This document shows positions 10,216 through 18,976 of a stretch of 64,000 nt of DNA, piece after piece (position 1 is the stretch's first letter; every line of letters starts with the position of its first letter). The notes under the pieces are model-generated. The model saw only the letters and a program-made list of their open reading frames with translations. It did not search any database and was not told the origin of the DNA. Origin of the DNA: Candidatus Cloacimonadota bacterium (lineage in GTDB: Bacteria > Cloacimonadota > Cloacimonadia > G963667145); contig OY762940.1 in assembly GCA_963667255.1 (NCBI GenBank), forward strand, positions 576,001 to 640,000, read 5' to 3'. The position numbers were made by a program, and so were the translations under genes.

Positions 10216-10995
10216 ATGATTAATGTTGATTGGAAAGATAGATTTGACAAAGATATAGATTTTTTTGTCGATGAGAGGTTGCCTTCTGCTGATTATGATG
10301 TAGGGGTAATCTATCGTATTTTCCCAATCAGAGAAGAGGGAATGGTTCCACAGGAAGTTTTGGACTATGTTGGGAAGAAAATCGCTAAATGTGGCAAGGA
10401 GTTAAACCAAGATTTTTTCGCTTATGTCTGGGGGAAATTGGGCAAGGAAGGCAAATATTTGTCTGTTGTTCTTTTTTCCGAATTGGCTAAAAAGGATGAG
10501 AAATTTTATCAAGAGATTGTTACTCCTTATCTGAAAAAAGCTCATGGCGAGATACTTGATATGATGATTAAGAAAATCGTTGCTCCCGCTTTGCGTAAGG
10601 ATGTAGGGAAGGGCTTGGATACTATTTTGATGCTTGTTCAAAAGGAAGAGACATCTATAAATAAGAGTCTTTTGAGTGTGCTGGGGAGTGATTTTAAGAA
10701 GAGACCTGAGTTTATAGAAACTGCATTTTCCAAACTGTCTATGCTGATTAGTGAAGGCGGAGACGAGACTGGCAAGTTTTTCATAGATTTGTTGAAGAAA
10801 ATAGCCAAAATAGACGAAAAGATTTTTAGCGATATTTTTTGTGAATTGAGCAGGACTAAGGACGGACATGTGATTGAGGTGCTTAGTAAAGCTATTTTTG
10901 TGAAGACTGACGCTGTGGAAGCTGAGGTTGAATCTTGGGGAACTAGTGGAAATGCCAAAATTAAAAAAAGTTTTGTGAGAGCGAAAAAAAAATAG
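10216..10995 (+). CDS. Hypothetical all-alpha (HEAT/ARM-like) protein
   Basis: 259-aa ORF in operon with amphipathic helical pattern. Family not recognised. Confidence 0.65.
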   Translation: MINVDWKDRFDKDIDFFVDERLPSADYDVGVIYRIFPIREEGMVPQEVLDYVGKKIAKCGKELNQDFFAYVWGKLGKEGKYLSVVLFSELAKKDEKFYQEIVTPYLKKAHGEILDMMIKKIVAPALRKDVGKGLDTILMLVQKEETSINKSLLSVLGSDFKKRPEFIETAFSKLSMLISEGGDETGKFFIDLLKKIAKIDEKIFSDIFCELSRTKDGHVIEVLSKAIFVKTDAVEAEVESWGTSGNAKIKKSFVRAKKK

Positions 10996-11074
10996 AAGCG
11001 ATAATTTTTATAAAGCTCTATCTTTGTATTTGTTGATTGCAAATCGGATAGGGCTTATTTTTTTAGGATTTGAT

Positions 11075-12142
11075 GTGAGAAGAAAAACCAGAGAGATAAA
11101 GATGGGTAGCCTCTTGATAGGGGGAGATAACCCTATATATATCCAGTCTATGTGCACTACGGACACGGGGAATGTGGCGGCTACTGTTGGGCAAATCAGA
11201 GAGCTGGAGGATGCGGGATGTGAAGTAGCGAGGTTGGCTGTTCCCGATGAAGAGGCTTGTAACGCTTTGCCAAAAATTTTGGAGCAGGTTAAGATACCGA
11301 TTGTTGCGGACATTCATTTCGATTATCGCTTGGCTTTGGCGTCTCTCAGAGCGGGAGTTCATGGTTTGCGGATTAATCCCGGGAATATCGGTGGAGAGCA
11401 AAGGGTGCGGGAAGTGGTTTCTGTGGCACGAGATTTGCAAGTCCCGATTAGGATTGGTGTGAATGGTGGTTCTCTCGATAAGAAGTGGTCGGATAAATAC
11501 GGGCTGTCTGCGGAGGCTCTGGTGGAGAGTGCGTTGGAGCATGTCGCCATTTTGGAGAAATTTGGATTTTATCAGACGAAAATCTCGGTGAAAGCCTCGG
11601 ATGTTTCGTTGATGGTGGACAGCTATCGCTTGCTTTCGCAAAAAGTTGATTATCCCTTGCACTTGGGAGTGACGGAAGCCGGAGACGATTTTGCTGGATT
11701 GATAAAATCGGGAATTGGAATTGGCTCGTTGCTTTTGGATGGAATAGGAGACACGATTAGGGTTTCGCTTACGGCTTCTCCCGTAAAAGAGGTTTATGCA
11801 GCCAAAGAGATATTGAAGAGTCTCGGACTTCGCCAAGGTTTGCAGATAGTTTCTTGTCCTACATGTGGCAGAACGAAAATCAATCTTATAGATTTGGCGG
11901 CAAAAGTAAAAAAAGCTTTGACATCTTTTCAAGAGTTTGATTTAAAAGTGGCGGTAATGGGATGTGTGGTCAATGGACCGCAGGAGGCAAGGGAAGCTGA
12001 TTATGGAGTTGCAGGTGGAGTTGGAGAGGGGCTGATATTCGCCAAGGGTAAAATAGTAAAAAAAGTTCATGAAAGCAAACTTTTGGATGAGTTGGTGGAG
12101 CTGATAGAACGAAAGGAAGGCATAGACAGTGGGAACAAGTAA
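11075..12142 (+). CDS. ispG: (E)-4-hydroxy-3-methylbut-2-enyl-diphosphate synthase
   Basis: IQSM, VADIHF, RINPGNIG, RIGVN.GSL, LHLGVTEAG, GIGDTIRVSL, SCPTCGR, MGCVVNGP. Start placed at GTG 11075. Confidence 0.97.
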   Translation: MRRKTREIKMGSLLIGGDNPIYIQSMCTTDTGNVAATVGQIRELEDAGCEVARLAVPDEEACNALPKILEQVKIPIVADIHFDYRLALASLRAGVHGLRINPGNIGGEQRVREVVSVARDLQVPIRIGVNGGSLDKKWSDKYGLSAEALVESALEHVAILEKFGFYQTKISVKASDVSLMVDSYRLLSQKVDYPLHLGVTEAGDDFAGLIKSGIGIGSLLLDGIGDTIRVSLTASPVKEVYAAKEILKSLGLRQGLQIVSCPTCGRTKINLIDLAAKVKKALTSFQEFDLKVAVMGCVVNGPQEAREADYGVAGGVGEGLIFAKGKIVKKVHESKLLDELVELIERKEGIDSGNK

Positions 12143-14054
12143 ATCGAACAGCAGGGATATTATTCTTTTTGAAGGGAAATCTTACAATCCCGTAGTCGGC
12201 TCTTCGGTAATTTCGGGGATTTTTGCCAATAAAGGCGGTAATATCAACCGCTACGATGCTGTGATGAGCACCATAAGCACAAAATACAAATCTCATTTTT
12301 TCAAGGGTGTCTATTCTTCGGCTGAATTGGAATTGAGATTGCGAGAGATAGACAATTTTTATCTTTATGTCAAAGCTATGTTGGAGAGGGTCGCAGAGCC
12401 GGGGCACGAATGTTTTGACCTTTTGACTTCCGGAGACGCCAAGTCGTTTGCTCATTCTGTGGGGAGCATCGGTGGAGACAAGAGAAAACAAGCTTTTTTG
12501 AGTTATATTCAGGGTGTTTACTTTATAGGAAAATATGCTTTTAATTTGGCTATTCCCATGTTCGAAAAAGCTGTTCAGTTAGACCCGAATACTAATAAGT
12601 ATCGAAGCGAGTTGGTGGCAACTTATATTAAGTTGGAAGATTTGAGCAAGGCTAAATCTATTGGTGAGAGCAGTCTTAATAATCAGGCTTCGACTTCCGA
12701 TACATCTGAATTAGCTGTAACTTATGCTTATTTGATGATTATCTACGCTAAACTGAAAGACTTTGAAAAAGCGATGATTTGCAAGAAGCGGGCAGAGAGT
12801 TTGGGGATTAATCAGGGAAAATACGAGTGGGACAATTTCCGCTATGCCAAAGTGCTGAAGCTGTTGGGCGACACTTTGTATTGCTGGGGACAATACGATT
12901 CGGCGAAGGCTTATTACAACAAGGCTCTGACTTTTAATTCGCGGATGATGGAGGCAAATCGCAGTGTTTTATTGGATTTGGATTTGATGTGTGCCAATTG
13001 TGATGTGTGGATGAAAACTGGTCGATTTGGCAAAGCTGAAGAGTATGTGAAAAAGGCTGAAAACTCTTTATATTCGCTATCTAATGGGAAATCTCTTCGT
13101 AAGGCTTGGGTTTTCTCTTTGAATGGGAAATTGCAAGAACTTCGTGGAGATTATTCGCAGGCTTGCGGATATTATCGAAGTGCAGTTGTTGAGCTGGAGG
13201 GGAGTGTGGGTCATTCCCATTTGTTGGCTGGAGTGATTTTTGCCGACTATGCCAGATGCAATGCCATAGGCGGTGTGGGTGATAGTGTTGGCGGTTCTCT
13301 TGCTAATATCGTTTCAGCTTGTAAGGGTGGATTGGTATTTTCCGATGATGAAAAGTATAACAAATATTTTACTTGTGGCAGAGCGAAAAAAAATCTGAGA
13401 GATTATAGTTCTGCTGTCAAATATTATAAAAAAGCTCTGAGTAATTATGCGGATGAGTTTGGGAAATTTAGTTTCAAGGTGTTCACTGCTCAAAAATCGA
13501 TTGCCAAGTGCTATTTGAAATTGGGCAAAACGAGCAAGGCGAAGAAATATATTTTGGCGGCTATCCAGACATATCAAGGGCTGTGTTTGCCAGATTATCC
13601 CGAATATGCAACTTTGCTTATGTTGTATGGAGATGTTTTGTTGGCGGACAAAACTCTGACTGAAGCGGTGAATTTTTATGAAAAAGCTCTGAAGATGTCT
13701 TCGCAAAATTACGGTTCGGTAAATGCAATAACGGCAAAGGTTTATGAGGTTTTGAGCAATATCTATACCAAGCATGAGGTTTACGATAAGGCGATTTCCT
13801 ATCTGAACGGAGTGCTTTCTTTCAAGAGTGGGCTGCATGGTGCACGCGAGCTGGATTTTGCTTCCGATTACCGTAGTTTGGCCTCGTTGTGGCACAAAAA
13901 CGGGAATCTTACCAAAGCGAAAGAGTATTACTATAAGGTGTATCAAATCTATTTTAGGGATTTGGGCGTTTCTCACAAGGAGACCGAGTCTGCCAAAAGA
14001 GATTTTGAGAACATTTCGCAGGCATTGGAGAATAAGTCGTCTAAAAAGAAGTGA
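12129..14054 (+). CDS. Tetratricopeptide repeat protein (kinesin-light-chain-like TPRs)
   Basis: Repeated A..YY.KAL and G..H...A motifs. Overlaps the ispG stop and the plsC start. Confidence 0.8.
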   Translation: MGTSKSNSRDIILFEGKSYNPVVGSSVISGIFANKGGNINRYDAVMSTISTKYKSHFFKGVYSSAELELRLREIDNFYLYVKAMLERVAEPGHECFDLLTSGDAKSFAHSVGSIGGDKRKQAFLSYIQGVYFIGKYAFNLAIPMFEKAVQLDPNTNKYRSELVATYIKLEDLSKAKSIGESSLNNQASTSDTSELAVTYAYLMIIYAKLKDFEKAMICKKRAESLGINQGKYEWDNFRYAKVLKLLGDTLYCWGQYDSAKAYYNKALTFNSRMMEANRSVLLDLDLMCANCDVWMKTGRFGKAEEYVKKAENSLYSLSNGKSLRKAWVFSLNGKLQELRGDYSQACGYYRSAVVELEGSVGHSHLLAGVIFADYARCNAIGGVGDSVGGSLANIVSACKGGLVFSDDEKYNKYFTCGRAKKNLRDYSSAVKYYKKALSNYADEFGKFSFKVFTAQKSIAKCYLKLGKTSKAKKYILAAIQTYQGLCLPDYPEYATLLMLYGDVLLADKTLTEAVNFYEKALKMSSQNYGSVNAITAKVYEVLSNIYTKHEVYDKAISYLNGVLSFKSGLHGARELDFASDYRSLASLWHKNGNLTKAKEYYYKVYQIYFRDLGVSHKETESAKRDFENISQALENKSSKKK

Positions 14055-14737
14055 TGAAAAAAAAACTTTATTTCACTATTTGGGCGTTGATTTTTTTGAC
14101 TTCGGGAATTCCGTTTGTTCTCTATCCGTTGCTCTCTCCTATGAGAAAACTCAGAAATGCGGTTATCAGAGCGTTCGCTTTTTTTTATGCTCGCTTGAGC
14201 ATCCTCGCTACAGAGAGCAAATTTCAGATTGTGGGGAGAGAGAATCTGCCCGAGACGAATTTTCTGGCTGTTTGCAATCATCAGAACTTACTCGATATTC
14301 CCGTGATTATTTGTGCTATTCCGCGGACAATTGGGTTTATTGCCAAGAGCGAGTTATACAAAGTGCCTATCTTGGCGATGTGGATGAGGCTGCTGGGATG
14401 TATTGGATTGAAACGGAGTAGTGCCAAGGCTTCCGCCGATGTTTTTCGTAAAGGCGTGAAGAAATTGAAATCCGGTCAAAATCTTATAGTGTTTCCAGAA
14501 GGAACTAGGAGCAGAGATGGCAAAATCAAGAAATTTAAAGCGGGAAGTTTCAAAATGGCTGTGTTAGCGGAAGTTCCGGTAGTGCCGATTACTTGCATAG
14601 GGACAAACAAGCTGTTTTCGCCAAACAATGTGATAAGAGTGATAATCAATCCTCCCGTGAGTTCTGCGGGCAAATCTACCAAAGAGTTGGCGGAAGAGGT
14701 GCAAAAGGTTGTGGAGAAGGGGTTGACGGTTAGTTGA
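14051..14737 (+). CDS. plsC: 1-acyl-sn-glycerol-3-phosphate acyltransferase
   Basis: NHQNLLD (HxxxxD), FIAKSEL, FPEGTRS, VPVVP. Confidence 0.93.
   Translation: MMKKKLYFTIWALIFLTSGIPFVLYPLLSPMRKLRNAVIRAFAFFYARLSILATESKFQIVGRENLPETNFLAVCNHQNLLDIPVIICAIPRTIGFIAKSELYKVPILAMWMRLLGCIGLKRSSAKASADVFRKGVKKLKSGQNLIVFPEGTRSRDGKIKKFKAGSFKMAVLAEVPVVPITCIGTNKLFSPNNVIRVIINPPVSSAGKSTKELAEEVQKVVEKGLTVS
14671..14724 (+). repeat. plsC 3'-end direct repeat, copy 1 (54 bp)
   Basis: CAAATCTACCAAAGAGTTGGCGGAAGAGGTGCAAAAGGTTGTGGAGAAGGGGTT; 52/54 identical to 17095-17148. Confidence 0.95.
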
Positions 14738-14840
14738 AACGATTAACCTTCAATTTATTACTAATTTTATTTAGTTCTGTAAACTTCAACATCAGTAGAT
14801 TACCCAAATTACATATAGCCTTTGTTAGCGTTTCGTGCTT
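14738..14840 (-). mobile_element. attC-like recombination site (partial) downstream of the DUF3883 gene
   Basis: On the minus strand AAGCACGAAACGCTAAC lies just after the stop codon. It is an inverted repeat of 16892-16907 and is followed by an AT-rich stretch ending at the plsC stop. Confidence 0.55.
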
Positions 14841-14842
14841 TT

Positions 14843-15622
14843 TTATTTCGGAGTTACTTGCCAAGTAATAGCGTCAAAGTTGAAATCTGAAAACAATTCA
14901 TTTTGACTTATTATTTTGACATCTCCACGCCTTGTTTCTCTGTTAAAATTGTAAACTCGGTAAATAAAGGCAGAATCTTCGTATTCCTCAAAAAAGTTTT
15001 TTTCATTTTTACTCATATAAAATGGTTGATTGAAATCACCGCTTGTAGTTTTAACTTCAATATAACGAGGAGAACCGTCATCATTTATCGAGGAAATATC
15101 ATAACCTAAGCCATCTCCTTGTAATCGACTCAAATGCTGAACATTTTCCGTTGCTTTCGTTCTGTCTATTGAAAGAGCATCAATTAAGCGGTCAATTTCA
15201 AACTCTTTTATAAATTCTTCACCTTGGTCGCCTATTTCATTATTTCGGTCTCTCACTTTTTCCCAATCAACTTTACGAGCAATAAAGCGTCTTGTTTTTC
15301 CCTTTATTTTTGTTACTTCCACAGGTTGAATAACCGTTTGTGAAATAGGGTTTAGCAGAGAGAATTTGGCAGGGAGTGAACTTTTGTTAACTACAAAACC
15401 TTCATCATATGTCTTTATTGTTTCTCTTTGGTGAGCAACAATATTTCCTATCCGTTGAATGATAAGAACTTCGATTCGTGTTGTCGAGGGTATATTGTCC
15501 TCTTCACTAAATTCTAAAACTGTGTGTAAAAGTTGTTTTACTTCTGATGTGTTTAATTCACCATAAACGGTTAATAATGGTTTAATTGCCCGTCTTATTT
15601 CTGCTTCTGTATGTGCTGCCAT
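14843..15622 (-). CDS. DUF3883 (NOV C-terminal) PD-(D/E)xK nuclease, putative restriction endonuclease
   Basis: IG..GEEF...FE, GDGLGYDI.S, YIEVKTT, F.MS.NE, IYRVY. N-terminal helical (wHTH/Mrr_N-like) region. Confidence 0.85.
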   Translation of the reverse strand: MAAHTEAEIRRAIKPLLTVYGELNTSEVKQLLHTVLEFSEEDNIPSTTRIEVLIIQRIGNIVAHQRETIKTYDEGFVVNKSSLPAKFSLLNPISQTVIQPVEVTKIKGKTRRFIARKVDWEKVRDRNNEIGDQGEEFIKEFEIDRLIDALSIDRTKATENVQHLSRLQGDGLGYDISSINDDGSPRYIEVKTTSGDFNQPFYMSKNEKNFFEEYEDSAFIYRVYNFNRETRRGDVKIISQNELFSDFNFDAITWQVTPK

Positions 15623-15631
15623 TACTCTTTC

Positions 15632-16831
15632 TTAATAGTTCGTTATCATTAAATGTTCTGTCTCTCGGTTATTTCTATTCATAAAACTAACCAAATAGGT
15701 TTTGTCAAACGATTGGATTTTTAATCCTTTGTTATTGTATAATTCAAAAATGAAATCAGTATTTTTAATTATCATCATCCATTTTGCTTTGCATTTATTG
15801 ATAAGATATTTCGCTAATCTTTCTTGGTCTTTTCTTGTAAACTCGTTTTTTGCATAAGTGCTAAACTCACTGTCGTATGGTGGGTCAAGAAAAACAAAGT
15901 CATTCTTCGAAGGATTGTGTTTATAAAAGAAATCTTCAAAATCTATATTCTCAATTATTGTACTGTCAAGTAAAGATTTTAGTTCTTTTGTTTTTAGATA
16001 ATCAACTTTTTTGGAAAAGTTTTTTCGATTATAAGCAATTCCTCCATAAGGGACATTAAAATCACCGTTTGAATTATATCGAAACATTCCACTATAGGCG
16101 AAATTTCTAATAAAAAGAAAGATAGCAGATTTAAAAGCGTTATTAATTCTATATTTTTCTGTGTTATTGTAGATGTGACGAAAATGCATATAGAAAGCAC
16201 TTTTAAGTGCTGTTTCTATATTGTCTAAAATATCGTTATTTGGTAAAACTTGTTTGATTTTTTCAAGTTCCTTCATTCGTTTTATTTTACGAATTAGATT
16301 TATTTTAATTTCTTTAATAAAGTTTTCAATATTGAAGTTGAAGATAGTAGAAAACATTCCATTAAATTCTTCAGCATGAGATAAAATAAATTCAAAAAGG
16401 ATATCTTTTAATTTGGTTTCATCAATCAAGTCATCAGAATACTTTTTGTATGTTATTATAAAAAAATCTGAGTTTCTTTCAATTACGGAGGTCAGTAAAT
16501 TCCAATTATGTATAATCTCATCTACGGCTTTGAAAAAAAGTTGTTTATTACCATTTGTAATACTTTGATACAAATCAATTAACTCATCTGATTTGTCATT
16601 AATGTAGTATTTGTTTGCTTGTAAAGCTGTGTACACAGCTCCACCTCCAACAAATGGCTCAAAATAGTTTTCAAATTTTTCGGGGAGATTAGGAACAATA
16701 TATTTTAATTCTTGTTCTTTTCCTCCAGCCCATTTTATAATTGGGTATAACCGTCTTGCCTTAACATAATTGCCTATACCTAATCCAATTTGGTTATAGG
16801 TTGCAACAGGTTCTTGTACTATATTATTCAT
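15632..16831 (-). CDS. Dam-family (D12 class) N6-adenine DNA methyltransferase with a large internal insertion
   Basis: IKWAGGK, YFEPFVGGGA, IND, GMFRYN..G.FNVPYG, FLDPPY. Confidence 0.93.
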   Translation of the reverse strand: MNNIVQEPVATYNQIGLGIGNYVKARRLYPIIKWAGGKEQELKYIVPNLPEKFENYFEPFVGGGAVYTALQANKYYINDKSDELIDLYQSITNGNKQLFFKAVDEIIHNWNLLTSVIERNSDFFIITYKKYSDDLIDETKLKDILFEFILSHAEEFNGMFSTIFNFNIENFIKEIKINLIRKIKRMKELEKIKQVLPNNDILDNIETALKSAFYMHFRHIYNNTEKYRINNAFKSAIFLFIRNFAYSGMFRYNSNGDFNVPYGGIAYNRKNFSKKVDYLKTKELKSLLDSTIIENIDFEDFFYKHNPSKNDFVFLDPPYDSEFSTYAKNEFTRKDQERLAKYLINKCKAKWMMIIKNTDFIFELYNNKGLKIQSFDKTYLVSFMNRNNRETEHLMITNY

Positions 16832-16891
16832 ATTACAAAGTTAATTTTTTCAAGTAATTAACAATGCTATTGTTGAAAAGTTGTCGGTTCT

Positions 16892-16935
16892 AAGCATGAA
16901 CGCTAACATCTGTATAAACTCAATGGTATTTATCC
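16892..16935 (-). mobile_element. attC-like core site at the 5' boundary of the methylase-nuclease cassette
   Basis: Minus strand reads ...GAGTTTATACAGATGTTAGCGTTCATGCTT; GTTAGCG is complementary to CGCTAAC at the far end of the cassette. Confidence 0.55.
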
Positions 16936-16974
16936 TTTCAAATTGGCATGCTAAGCGCAATTACATTTAGTTTT

Positions 16975-17065
16975 CTTTATATTTATTTCAAAATTTATTT
17001 GAGGCTAAAAATCCAAGAATATATGTCAAGCCAAAAATCTCAAATCCTAGATAAGCTCTCTAAAA
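16975..17065 (-). repeat. Promoter-like direct repeat, copy A (~91 bp)
   Basis: Near-identical to 18977-19068. The minus strand contains TTGACA-16bp-TAGCCT pointing at the methylase cassette. Confidence 0.9.
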
Positions 17066-17094
17066 CTTTTCCCGAAGATAGGGATTTCAGTATA

Positions 17095-17148
17095 CAAATC
17101 AACCCAAGAGTTGGCGGAAGAGGTGCAAAAGGTTGTGGAGAAGGGGTT
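17095..17148 (+). repeat. plsC 3'-end direct repeat, copy 2 (54 bp)
   Basis: CAAATCAACCCAAGAGTTGGCGGAAGAGGTGCAAAAGGTTGTGGAGAAGGGGTT; matches 14671-14724. Confidence 0.95.
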
Positions 17149-17217
17149 AATTTTAAGTGAAGTTTCCCAATCCCCTATTTCAGTTTTGTAGAGTTTGCAA
17201 AGAATACTTTGAAGAAT

Positions 17218-18696
17218 TTATTCTAAATAGATAATGCGGTCAGCAAGAGCAATAATTTCATCATTCTTTGGAGCAAGTTGTGCATCATTATTTTCTGCGA
17301 TGAAACCAATTATGTTAATATCTTGGTCAATTTGATATTGTTTCAATTCTTTAAATTTAACTGGCTCTTTAAATCCAAAATGTTCTAACTTATTTTCTTT
17401 GATGACACGCCCATCTAAATTCAACATTTCATAAAGCAAAGGAGAAATATAAGGATGTCTAATACAATTTGAAATCAAATTTGCATCAATAGATTCTTTG
17501 TATATGATTTCATCACCTTTTATTTTGTCTCTTATTATTTCAGAATTTTCTTGGTTAATTATTTCTGCAATTGTATGGACATTTTTATTTTCTTGTTCAA
17601 TATTAAAAACTGTTAGTACAGTTCGCATATCAACATTTTTTTGGGGTTCATTTCCTTGATACTCTGCAAATATAACAGCAAGGCTACAGTCACAAATATT
17701 AACTTTTCTCAATGTATCAATACTTGAATAATCGCCATTAAAATAAATAATTCCATTTAAGCTTGGGTTTTCTTTTTCAGTTACTAAAACAATTCTTTTA
17801 GAATAGAGTTTCTTGTTTTTCAATATTTCTTCGATTACTTTTGAAGTGGAGGATGTATATCCGCAAAGAACAATATGGTCTTTAATAGTTAGTTTCCCAA
17901 GTTTTCCTTTTTTAATGTTACTCATAATCTCTCCCGATTTAGTTGATATAGTAGAAATAAAAAAACTAATAAACGAAATATTTGCAATCAAAGTAAATGA
18001 AGAAAAAATTTTGCCCATTACAGTAGTTGGGGCATCATCACATATCCCAACAAGTTTCAATGTATAATTTAAATAGTGAAAGTAAGAATTTGCATTACCT
18101 ACCTGTGATTCTGACAAAAATAGTGCAAATGAATTAATTATTACAATAAATAATGTTCCCAGTAAGAGAATAGCTATCAAAAAGTAGGATTCTTTGAAAC
18201 TCCTTACTAAAATAGAAATATTTGAAAAAGATTTTTTTACTTTTAATAGTCTAATAAATTTTAAAAATTTAATAAACCTTAATAATCTACAGGTTCTAAA
18301 AAATCGAAGAAACCGAATAATTGGAATAAGAGAAACTAAATCGATAATTGGAAAGGGAGATAAAATCCATTTAACTTTATTTGTAATAGCATAGATTATA
18401 GAACCATCTTCGTCTTTTATATCTTCTATGAAATCGGAAGAAATATAAAAGCGAGTTAGATATTCAATAGCAAAGAATACTGTTAAGGAAGTATCTATAT
18501 TGAATAAATAATTCGGTAAGTTTAAATCTGAAAAAAATAATTCAAAAAATGTAGAAATAACAGAAATAAAAATAATAAGGAGCAAAATTAAATCTACATA
18601 TACTCTTTTGGAATTATTTTCACTCTCTAACCACCAGTAAAGAAAGCCCTTTAATCCTTTTTGCTGTTTTTCCGCATATCTATCTAATTTTGACAT
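17218..18696 (-). CDS. 6TM voltage-sensor ion channel with RCK (TrkA-N-like) domain and degenerate pore filter
   Basis: S2 FAIEYLTRF, S3 IIDLVSLIP, S4 RFLRFFRTCRLLRFIK, RCK HIVLCG and D.RTVLTV. Pore reads LVGICDDAPTT instead of TVGYGD. Confidence 0.85.
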   Translation of the reverse strand: MSKLDRYAEKQQKGLKGFLYWWLESENNSKRVYVDLILLLIIFISVISTFFELFFSDLNLPNYLFNIDTSLTVFFAIEYLTRFYISSDFIEDIKDEDGSIIYAITNKVKWILSPFPIIDLVSLIPIIRFLRFFRTCRLLRFIKFLKFIRLLKVKKSFSNISILVRSFKESYFLIAILLLGTLFIVIINSFALFLSESQVGNANSYFHYLNYTLKLVGICDDAPTTVMGKIFSSFTLIANISFISFFISTISTKSGEIMSNIKKGKLGKLTIKDHIVLCGYTSSTSKVIEEILKNKKLYSKRIVLVTEKENPSLNGIIYFNGDYSSIDTLRKVNICDCSLAVIFAEYQGNEPQKNVDMRTVLTVFNIEQENKNVHTIAEIINQENSEIIRDKIKGDEIIYKESIDANLISNCIRHPYISPLLYEMLNLDGRVIKENKLEHFGFKEPVKFKELKQYQIDQDINIIGFIAENNDAQLAPKNDEIIALADRIIYLE

Positions 18697-18705
18697 TTAC
18701 TATTT

Positions 18706-18966
18706 TTAATAAAGTCCAATAATTTTACCAATAATAACGGGAATAGGTTGGTCATTTCGGTCGTAGGTGTTTGAAGAGTTAGCTCCAGATTTTGGTTTTA
18801 CATGTGTTGCAGATACTTCCCAAGAATTTGAAGATGATGCTCCTGAGCGTGGTTTGATTTTCTTGCCGTCAAATTCCCAAGAATTTGATAGCAAGGCACC
18901 GCTTTTTGGTTTTAATTTTTTGCCGTCCCACAGCCAATCGCGTGGTAACTCAATTTTGTTAGCCAT
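18706..18966 (-). CDS. Small protein with three ~19-aa tandem repeats
   Basis: WLWDGKKLKPKSGALLSNS / WEFDGKKIKPRSGASSSNS / WEVSATHVKPKSGANSSNT. AAAGGA RBS; 9 nt upstream of the channel gene. Confidence 0.8.
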   Translation of the reverse strand: MANKIELPRDWLWDGKKLKPKSGALLSNSWEFDGKKIKPRSGASSSNSWEVSATHVKPKSGANSSNTYDRNDQPIPVIIGKIIGLY

Positions 18967-18976
18967 AAAATTTTTC

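Noticed and set aside
16948..17160. 70-aa + strand ORF sharing YIYFKIYLRLKIQEYMSS with ORF 18767-19057
   Set aside because: The shared peptide is only the translation of the 91-bp DNA repeat. The second ORF is antisense to a better gene, and the first runs out of frame through the plsC repeat.
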